Positions 8,951-18,020 of a stretch of 64,000 nt of DNA are shown piece by piece. This DNA is from an uncultured Acidobacteriota bacterium (GTDB lineage Bacteria; Acidobacteriota; Thermoanaerobaculia; Multivoradales; UBA5704): assembly GCA_963799925.1 (NCBI GenBank), contig CAWCYZ010000002.1, forward strand, positions 1,726,123 to 1,790,122, read 5' to 3'. Each line of letters opens with the position of its first letter. The stretch's first letter is position 1. The translations under genes were made by a program, and so were the position numbers. The notes under the pieces were generated by a model. The model was given only the letters and a program-made list of their open reading frames with translations. It did not search any database and had not been told where the DNA came from.

Positions 8951-10174
8951 GGATTCCCTCGTCCAGATAGCACAATTGGCCAATTTGGCTGTTCTGGCCA
9001 ACATCGATTCCGCTGCAGCTCTCAGGACCGCGAAGACAGTATCTTCGAGAATCGCCAGGTACTCCGCCGGCCCCATCGGCCGCGGATTCGCGGCGTTCGA
9101 GCCGTTCTCGGCGGCGCGCTTGGCGATCCAGGGGTAGTCCTGCGGCGGGATGCCGAGCTCGGCGAAGGGCGGGATCGCGAGGGCGGCGGCGAGCGCCTCG
9201 ATCGAGAGGAGGACGCGCTCGGCCCGCTCGTCGTCGGTGGCGCCGGTCGAGCCGCCGGGAAGCCGCGCGTCGAGCGGCGCCAGGCGGTCGCGGATGGCCG
9301 GCAGGTGCGAGCGCAGGACCGGCGCCAGCAGCACGGCGTTGAGCAGGCCGTGCGGCAGGTCCCAGCGGGCGCCGAGCGTCTCCGAGAGACAGTGGACGGC
9401 GCCGACGTCGGCGTTGCCGAAGGCCATGCCGGCGAGCGTCGCGGCCTCCATCACCGCCGCCCGCGCCTCGGCGTCGCCGGCGACGTCCTCGACGGCGCGG
9501 CGGAGATAGCGGAAGAGGAGCGCCACGGCGCGCAGCGCCAGCGCGTCGGACGCCGGGTTCGCGGCGCGGCCGGTCGTCGCCTCGAGCGCATGGGTCAGGG
9601 CGTCCAACCCGGTCCAGGCGACGTAGCGCGCCGGCAGCGTCGTCAGGAGGTCGGCGTCGACGAACGCCCAGTCGGGGAACATGCGCTCGCCCTTGACGCT
9701 CATCTTCCACAGCCGCTCCGGGTGGGTGATGACGGCGACCCAGGTGACCTCCGAGCCGGTGCCGCAGGTCGTCGGGACGGCGAGGAAGGGGAGCGGCTTG
9801 GCGGCGAAGCGGTCGCGGCCCTCGTAGTCGGCGATCGAGCCGCCGTTCGCGACGAGCATCGCCGCCGCCTTGCCGGCGTCCAGGGCGCTGCCGCCGCCCA
9901 AGCCGATCACCAGATCGACCCCCGCGGCGCGCGCCTCGTCCGCCATGCGGTCGACCGTCGCCTGGCGCGGGTTGGGCTCGATCTCGGCCCAGGTGAGGAC
10001 GGAGAGGCCGCCGCCCTGGAGGGCGCGCCGGAGGCGCTCGGGCAGGCCGGTCGCTTCGAGGCCGGGATCGGTCGCGAGGAGCACCCGCCGCGGCGCATAG
10101 GAGGCCGCCACCTCCGGCAGCCGCGCCAGGCAGCCGGGAGCGATCAGCGTGCGCGTGGGCAGCCGAAAGGCCAT
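8600..10174 (-). CDS. Iron-containing (group III) alcohol dehydrogenase; the ORF lacks its own stop and reads in frame into the antitoxin gene
   Basis: MAFRLPTRTLIAPGC..., GLGGGSALDAGKA, PTTCGTGSEVT, LTHALEA, AVHCLSE motifs. ADH-like sequence ends near 9045 (PAEYLAILED). The frame then continues, without a stop, through a low-GC linker into ATG 8950. Confidence 0.75.
   Translation of the reverse strand: MAFRLPTRTLIAPGCLARLPEVAASYAPRRVLLATDPGLEATGLPERLRRALQGGGLSVLTWAEIEPNPRQATVDRMADEARAAGVDLVIGLGGGSALDAGKAAAMLVANGGSIADYEGRDRFAAKPLPFLAVPTTCGTGSEVTWVAVITHPERLWKMSVKGERMFPDWAFVDADLLTTLPARYVAWTGLDALTHALEATTGRAANPASDALALRAVALLFRYLRRAVEDVAGDAEARAAVMEAATLAGMAFGNADVGAVHCLSETLGARWDLPHGLLNAVLLAPVLRSHLPAIRDRLAPLDARLPGGSTGATDDERAERVLLSIEALAAALAIPPFAELGIPPQDYPWIAKRAAENGSNAANPRPMGPAEYLAILEDTVFAVLRAAAESMLARTAKLANCAIWTRESMASHTFRNRLGELVEIPEVAASRAKNAFGELLDRVAVSGAVAITRHDVPKAVLLSYEEFEALSGARSETLDALSTKFEGLLERMQTPAARRGIEAAFNAVPAALGRAAVKAARRRR
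8976..9001 (-). promoter_or_regulatory. Dyad-symmetric elements upstream of the antitoxin gene (possible autoregulatory operator)
   Basis: TTGGCCAA palindrome (8976-8983) followed by TTGGC-N7-GCCAA (8985-9001), in the low-GC stretch 25-50 nt upstream of ATG 8950. Confidence 0.3.
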
Positions 10175-10210
10175 GAGGCGGCGGGGGGCCGGCGGCCCCC
10201 CGCGGGCGGG

Positions 10211-11654
10211 CTACTCCGGGTTGCTCTTCTTGAAGAAGTCGGCCAGCGCGCCGAAGCCCGAGCTGCCGGTGGACGTGGTGACCGCGGCTTCGCCGCGCGA
10301 CCGCTCGTCGTCCCGCCGCTCGCGGTCGCCGCCGCCGCGCTCGCCACCCCGGCTGCTGCCGCCGCCGCCCCGGTCTGCTGCCGCCGCCACCGCCCCGACT
10401 GCTGCCGCCACCACCGCCGCCGCCACGGGCGGAGCGGTCGCCACGCCCGGAGCGGTCGGAGTGACCGGAGGAGCGGTCGCCGCGGTCGGAGGCCCCCTGC
10501 TCGCTCCGCTCGGCGCGCTCCTCGCGCGCTCCCTGCTCCTGGAGCGACAGCGAGATGCGGCGCTTGCCGGGGTCGACCCCGAGGACCGTCACGTCGACGT
10601 CCTGGCCGACCTCGAGCACCTCGCGCGGATGGTTGATGCGGCGGCCGGCCCCGAGCTCGCTGATGTGGGCGAGCCCCTCCAGACCCGGCGCGACCTCGAT
10701 GAAGGCGCCGAACGTCTCGAGCCGCATGACGCGCCCCTTGACCCGCGAGCCCGCGGTGAAGCGCTCGGCGGCGTCCTGCCAGGGATCGCGCTCGAGGGCC
10801 TTGCGCGACAGCGAGATGCGCTCGCCGTGCTTGGGGTCCTTGGAGGGCTCGATCTTGAGCACCTGGACCTCGATCTCCTGGCCGACCTGGAGCACGTCCT
10901 TGGGATGGGCGGTCCGCGCAAAGCCGATCTCGCTCACGTGGAGCATGCCCTCGAGGCCGCCGAGGTCGATGAAGGCGCCGTAGTCGGTGAGCGCCGTCAC
11001 CTTGCCGCGCACCACGGCTCCCGGCGCCAGGCGGGCGCGGGTCTCCTCGGCCTTGGCCTTGGCCTCCTCCTCGAGCAGGGCGCGCCGCGACAGCACGATG
11101 TTCGGACGGCGGCCGCGGCCCCCCTCCTCGTAGCGCGCGATCTTGAAGGCGAGCCGCTCGCCGATGAACCGCTCGGGGTTGTCGACGTAGCGCAGCTCGA
11201 GCTGGGAGAGCGGACAGAAGGCGCGCAGGCCGGAGACCTGCACCTCGACGCCGCCCTTGATCACGGCGGTGACCAGGCCCTCGACCGGGATGCCGCTCTG
11301 GTAGGCCGCGACCAGCTCGGCCGGGACCTCCTGGCCTCGCCCGACGCGCCGCCGGAGCACCAGGGCGCCGGTCTCGGGATCGATCCGCGACACCTTCGCT
11401 TCGATCGTGTCGCCGACGGCGACGGTCAGCGCCCCCTCGGCATCGGAGATCTGGGCGAGCTCGATGATCCCCTCGGCCTTGCCGCCGAGGTCGACGAACG
11501 CCGCTTCCGGGCCGATCGAGACGATCTGCCCGCTCACTTTGTCTCCCACCTTGGGAGGTCCGGCAGCGGCGGCCGGCTCAGCCGGCTTGCTCTGCTCGAA
11601 CTCGGCCAGGATGGTGGCGAAATCTTTGTTGTCGGAGCTGCTCTGTTCATCCAT
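10211..11654 (-). pseudogene. S1 RNA-binding-domain protein (4 S1 domains, rpsA-like) with Arg/Gly-rich tail; apparent +1 frameshift near 10375
   Basis: From ATG 11654: MDEQSSSDNKDFATILAEFEQ..., with four S1 repeats (GQIVSIGPEAAFVDLG, GLVTAVIKGGVEVQV, GKVTALTDYGAFIDLGG, GRVMRLETFGAFIEVAPG). The RGG tail continues sensibly only after skipping one base near 10375 (...GGGGGS|DRGGGGSSRGGERGGGDRERRDDERSRGEAAVTTSTGSSGFGALADFFKKSNPE*, stop at 10211). Otherwise the ORF runs 912 aa across the ADH gene. Confidence 0.75.
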
Positions 11655-11881
11655 AGGGGGGGCACTTTATCAGCCGGGGCGGGTGGATTCGAGTCATCGA
11701 CTCTCTTTGAAGGGTGCACGTGTCGTGCCGGATCGAGCCGGGAGCGGGATCGAACCGGACCGAGCCGCGCCGATCCGGTCATGCCCGAGCCAACTTTCCG
11801 GCGCCAGCCGCGTATACCGGGAGCGCGGCTCGCCCATGGTAACTTGGAAAGCCGCGCCAGAGCTTCCCGGAGACCTCCCGG

Positions 11882-13100
11882 ATGGAATCCGTCGCCCGCG
11901 CCGCCGCACCCTCCGCGCTCGCCGAGCGCTCCGCCCGCCTGCCCTGGACCCTCCACGCCGCCGTCCTCGGCTCGACCTCGATCGTCGTCGGCCTGCTGTG
12001 GGACATCTCGTGGCACTCGACCATCGGGCGCGACACCTTCTGGACGCCCGCCCACATGGCGATCTATCTCGGCGGCGTCCTCGCCGGGCTCGCCGCCGGC
12101 TACCTGGCGCTCAAGACCACCTTCGCGGGCACTCCGGAGGAGCGCGCCGCCGCCGTCCGCTTCTGGGGCTTCCGCGCCCCGCTCGGCGCCTGGGTGATGG
12201 TCTGGGGGGCGATCGCCATGCTCACCTCGGCGCCCTTCGACGACTGGTGGCACGACGCCTACGGGCTGGACGTCAAGATCGTCAGCCCGCCGCACAGCCT
12301 GCTCGCCGCCGGCATGTTCGCCATCCAGATCGGGACGATGCTCCTCGTCGCGGCGATGCAGAACCGCGCCGCGGCCGCGGCGCCCGGCGCATGCGTCCGT
12401 AGCCGGAGACGACCGCGCCGCCGCGGCCCGGCGCCGCCGCCTCTCCTATCTCTGCGCCTACGTCGCCGGGGTCCTCCTGGTGATGGCCGCGACCTTCGTC
12501 ATGGAGTACAGCGATCCCAACCTCCAGCACGGGCGCCTCTTCTATGCCATCTCCTGCGGCCTCTACCCGTTGGCGCTGCTGACGGCCAACCGGGCGACCG
12601 GCCTGCGCTGGGGAGCGACCGCGGCGGCGGCCGCCTACACCGTCATCAAGCTCGCGATGCTCTGGATCCTGCCGCTCTTCCCGGCGCGGCCGCTCCTCGC
12701 GCCCATCTACAACCCGGTCACCCACATGTGGCCGACGAGCTTCCCGCTCCTCCTCATCCTGCCGGCGATCGCGCTCGATCTCCTCTGCCGGCGCTACCGC
12801 CCGAGCCGGCGCGGCGATTGGCTGCTGGCGCCGCTCGCCGGCGCCGTCTTCCTCGCCGTCTTCCTGGCCGCCCAGTGGCTGTGCGCCGACTTCATGCTGA
12901 CGCCGGCGGCGCGGAGCTGGTTCTTCGCCGCCGACCAGTGGTGGTACGAGGCGCGGCTGGGCGCCTGGCGCTACGCCTTCTGGAATCCGGAGACGGATGG
13001 GATGACCGCCGGCGGGATCGCCCTCGCCTTCGTCCTCGCGACGGTCTCGGCGCGCCTGGGGCTCGGCCGCGGCGCCTGGATGTCGCGGGTGAAGCGGTGA
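11882..13100 (+). pseudogene. Polytopic membrane protein, unknown family; apparent +1 frameshift between about 12385 and 12440
   Basis: Part 1 (frame of 11882): ...LLWDISWHSTIGRDTFWTPAHMAIYLGGVLAGL...APFDDWWHDAYGLDVKIVSPPH...MQNRAAAAA. Part 2 (frame of 12480, open from about 12420): ...RRLSYLCAYVAGVLLVMAATFVMEYSD...SRVKR*. Both parts are hydrophobic and colinear. Confidence 0.6.
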
Positions 13101-14783
13101 GGAGCCCGCTGCGGCTCGTCTTCCGGGCGGCCCTCGCCCTCGCCGCCTGGGTCGCCCTCTGCGGCCACGTCGGCAGCCCGGACGTCTACTTCGACGGCGC
13201 CGCCGGCCCCTACCCCGTGCGGGTGATCGTGCGGCCGCCGGTCGTCGTCCCCGGCCTCGCCGAGATCACCGTGCGCCTGCGCCAGGAGGGGCCGCGCGGT
13301 GCCGGTGCCGGGTCCGGTGCGGGTGACGGTGCAGCCGGTCGTCTGGAACGCCGGCGCGGGCGGGTCGCCGCCGCCCGATCTCGCGAAGCCGGTCCCCGGC
13401 GACCCCCGGCTGTGGAGCGCCCAGCTCTGGCTGATGACCGCGAGCTCCTACAGCATCCGCGTCGCGGTCGCGGGCGACGCCGGCCGCGGGGCGGTGATCG
13501 TCCCGGTGGCGGCCGTCCGCCTGCGGCGTCTCGGCATGCCGCGGAGCCTGGGGGTCGTCCTCGCGGCCCTCGGCGCCTTTCTGCTCCTCGGCGGATTGTC
13601 CGTCGTCGGCGCGGCGGTCCGCGAGAGCACGCTCGAGCCGGGCGCGCCGCCGGACGCCGCCCGGCGCGGCCGGGCGCGCGCCGCCATCGCCGGCGCCGCC
13701 CTGCTCCTCGCCCTCGCCGTCTGGGGCGGGCGCGCCTGGTGGAACGACGTCGACGCCGAGTACCGGGACAAGATCTACCGGCCGTTCCGCACCGCGGCGA
13801 GCGTCCGCGTCGCCGGGGGAGCGCGCCTCCTCACCGTCTCCGTCGACGACGAGCGCTGGCGCCGCGACAGCCGGCTGCCGTTGATGCCCGACCACGGCAA
13901 GCTCATGCACCTGTTCCTCGTCCGCCAGCCGGCAGAGGATGCCTTCGCCCATCTCCACCCGGTGCCGCGGCGGCCGGGCGACGACCAGAGCTTCGCCGTC
14001 GCGTTGCCGGCCCTGCCGGCCGGGCGCTACGCGCTCTACGCCGACGTCACCCAGGAGAACGGCCTCCCCAGCACCCTGACCGCGACCGTCGAGGTGCCCG
14101 AGAGGCCCGAGATGCCCGAGGTGCCGCCGGCGCCGGCCGCGGGATCGGCCGCGGGATCGATCACGGCCGCGAGCTCGGCGGCGGCCGTACCGGACGTCGA
14201 TCCGGACGATTCCGTCCTCGCGGCGACCCCGCCCGTGGGCGGGCCGGGCTCGACCTCCGACCTCGGCGACGGCTACACGATGACCTGGGTGCCGCCGGCC
14301 CCCGCCGTCGCCGGCCGCGACGGCGACCTCCGCTTCGCCGTCCGCGCCCCCGGCGGCCGCCCGGCGGCGATCGAGCCCTACATGGGGATGCTCTCGCACG
14401 CCGCCATCCGCCGCGACGACGGCCAGGTCTTCGTCCATCTGCACCCGCAGGGGACGGTCTCGATGGCGGCGGAGCAGGTGTTCGCCTGGCGCGAGGCGCG
14501 CGCCGCCGCCGGCCTGCCGGTGGCGGTCGCGACCGCGCCGCGGGCGGCGGTGCCCGGCTACCGGACGCCGATCGCCATGCGGCCGGCCGCGGCGCCGGCG
14601 GTCTCCGACCCCGCGACGCTGCCCATGTCGATGGCCATGCCGATGCCGGGGGCGAGCGCGGACGGCCTGCTGCGTTTCCCCTACGGCTTCCCCAAGCCCG
14701 GCCGCTACCGGCTCTGGGTGCAGGTGAGGACGGGAGGCAAGGTGCGGACCGGGGTCTTCGACACGCGGATCGCGGCAGGGTAG
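13097..14783 (+). pseudogene. Secreted/membrane-anchored protein with duplicated HLHP...GRYxLxxxV modules; apparent +1 frameshift near 13295
   Basis: GTG 13097 overlaps the upstream stop as GTGA. Signal peptide VRSPLRLVFRAALALAAWVALCG, then ...EITVRLRQEG in one frame and VPVPGPVRVTVQPVVWNAG... in the next (ORF 13299..14783). Internal repeat: MHLFLVRQPAEDAFAHLHPV...GRYALYADV versus GQVFVHLHPQG...GRYRLWVQV. Confidence 0.55.
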
Positions 14784-14822
14784 GGCGTCGGGGATCGTGC
14801 CGAGGTCCAAACAGGCGCGGCG

Positions 14823-16619
<1,797 letters not shown>

Positions 16620-16644
16620 GCGGCTCCTCGCATGACATGGCAGA

Positions 16645-16669
16645 CCCGCGGGCGTCGATCGCCCGCGGG
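16645..16669. other. Strong GC hairpin just upstream of lepA
   Basis: CCCGCGGGCG-TCGAT-CGCCCGCGGG, a perfect 10-bp stem with a 5-nt loop. No U-tract on either strand. Confidence 0.3.
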
Positions 16670-16820
16670 CCGCGTCAGGGAGCCATTATAGGAGGGGTAG
16701 GAGGGGTGACGCCTCTCCGGCCGCCCTAGCGCAGGGCATGGCGGGTGGCTCGACGGAGGTCTGCGAGATGCTGCGCGAAGAGCTGGGGCGCCCTATGTGG
16801 GCATGGGGTCCGTATCTCCA

Positions 16821-17176
16821 CGGCCGCTGCAGCGGCCGTACGAGGGAAAAATCAAGAGTTAAGAGGAAGAATCCAAAGTTTCCCGTGTTTCACGCTTTGT
16901 ACGGAGGAAGAATCAAAATCTTCCCTGCTTCAGCGGTTCTACAGGAGAAGGATCGAAAGTTTCCTCGGCTTCAGCGGTTGTAGAGAGGAAGGATCCAATC
17001 CTTCCTCTCTACAAGCGATCCTTCCGCTCTACGAGCGATCCTTCCGCCGTACGAGCGATCCTTCCGCTCTACAACCGATTCTTCCGCTCTACGAGCGATC
17101 CTTCCGTCATACCGGCGATCCTTCCGCTCTACGAGGGATCCTTCCGCCGTACCGTGGACTGTTCCCGCGTTGCACG
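16821..17176. repeat. Composite tandem-repeat block: 18-bp palindrome, about 3.5 x 41-bp units, 19-bp palindromic switch point, then 7-8 x 20-bp units in inverse orientation
   Basis: CGGCCGCTGCAGCGGCCG (16821-16838). 41-bp units start at 16865, 16906 and 16947 (GGAAGAATC...TTTCC...GTACGGA). GGAAGGATCCAATCCTTCC lies at 16987-17005. 20-bp units GATCCTTCCGCTCTACGAGC start at 17017, 17037, 17057, 17077, 17097, 17117 and 17137, with a degenerate one at 17157. The reverse complement of the 20-mer core (GTAGAGCGGAAGGATC) matches the left-arm core GTAGAGAGGAAGGATC. Confidence 0.9.
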
Positions 17177-17280
17177 CGAGATTTCCTCTTCACCACCGTG
17201 GCCCGGCGCCGATCGCGAGCGCTTCCTCGTGGCGGCGCTTACGCGCGCTGGATCTCGGCCTGGATCTCGCTTCGCCCGCC

Positions 17281-17541
17281 TTAACGCAGGGCGTGGCGGT
17301 TGGCATAGAGGTAGTCGTACCCCTCCTGGGTGAGGGCGTAGCCCTCCTCGCGCCGCTCGATCAGGCCGTGGCCGATCAGGCGATCGATCGCGCCGTCGAA
17401 GTCGACCCCCACGCTCTCCTCCTCCCTTGTCTGGATGTCCTCCTGAGAGAGCAGCTGGCCCACCTCGGCGCCCCTGCGGTCGCCTCCGATCTCGTGGAAG
17501 CGCGTCAGGAGAACCTCTTCCCCTTCTGAGAGCACCGGCAT
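17281..17541 (-). CDS. Small acidic protein with C-terminal winged-helix-like segment
   Basis: 86 aa, ATG 17541 with AAGGA 8 nt upstream. MPVLSEGEEVLLTRFHEIGG...AIDRLIGHGLIERREEGYALTQEGYDYLYANRHALR. Only clean ORF between the two repeat arrays. Confidence 0.55.
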   Translation of the reverse strand: MPVLSEGEEVLLTRFHEIGGDRRGAEVGQLLSQEDIQTREEESVGVDFDGAIDRLIGHGLIERREEGYALTQEGYDYLYANRHALR

Positions 17542-17649
17542 CGCGGGATTCCTTTCGTTAGAGGACGGCCACCCTCGGCCGTCGCAGGGAAACGGTGCAG
17601 GGGCCGTGCCGGCTCCGCCTCGACTTCAAAGCCCGTTCGCTTAAACGTG

Positions 17650-17905
17650 GCCTGAATTCCTTCGGACCAGGCCTGAATCGGCCGTGACCAGCGGTGAATT
17701 CCTCGAGACCAGCTCTGAATCGGCCATGAGCAGCAGTGAATTCCTCGAGACCAGCCCTGAATCGACCGTGACCAGCGGTGAATCCGCTCGGCCATGCCCT
17801 GAATCCACGGTGACCTGTGGTGAATTGACTGAAACCTGCCCTGAACCTCTTGAGACCAGCCCTCAATCCGTGGAGACCCGCGGCGAATCGGTGAAACCAG
17901 CCTCG
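17650..17905. repeat. Tandem array of about 12 x 21-bp units (alternating subtypes, 42-bp super-unit)
   Basis: Units begin at 17650, 17671, 17692, 17713, 17734, 17755, 17776, 17797, 17818, 17839, 17860 and 17881. Consensus CCCTGAATCGGCCGTGACCAG alternates with CGGTGAATTCCTCGAGACCAG. Lies between the RND stop (18021) and the 86-aa gene start (17541). Confidence 0.9.
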
Positions 17906-18020
17906 ATCCCGCGTCCTGCTGGCGAGAGAACGGCGCGCGCGCCACGGTGCGGCCGAAATCCGTGGGCGGTGCCGCGCGGCGCCGGCGTGGTGCCCGGCGC
18001 CGCGTACCTGTAGAGGACGA

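Noticed and set aside
8916-11654. 912-aa ORF as one real protein (S1 domains followed by 430 aa overlapping the ADH gene).
   Set aside because: After the RGG region the frame becomes Arg/Pro junk and overlaps the ADH gene out of frame. A +1 shift at about 10375 instead gives a sensible tail and a stop at 10211.
11728-11780. tRNA on the minus strand, suggested by GGTTCGATCCC (reverse complement of gggatcgaacc at about 11747) in the S1-upstream intergenic region.
   Set aside because: The flanks give only a 3-bp T-stem, and no acceptor or anticodon arms could be built. The region does contain an 8-bp inverted repeat (CCGGATCG...CGATCCGG), so it may just be a structured leader.
16987-17760. Cloning-vector contamination, suggested by clustered GGATCC, GAATTC-CTCGAG and CTGCAG sites.
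   Set aside because: The sites are part of degenerate tandem units repeated many times. There is no vector backbone, marker or origin sequence around them.
16821-17905. CRISPR array interpretation of the two repeat blocks.
   Set aside because: The units are directly abutting, with no unique spacers, and are 20-21 or 41 bp long and degenerate. No cas genes are in the window.
17505-18013. Repeat-encoded proteins across the 21-bp array: plus strand 17684..18013 (SGEFLETSPESTV repeats), minus strand 17505..17945 (IQGWSRGIH repeats), and the minus frame ending at 17558 (GHGRFRAGLEEFTA repeats).
   Set aside because: None has a convincing start codon with an RBS. Differences between units are not concentrated at third codon positions in any frame. 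The array lies wholly between two gene ends. Coding cannot be formally excluded because 21 is a multiple of 3.
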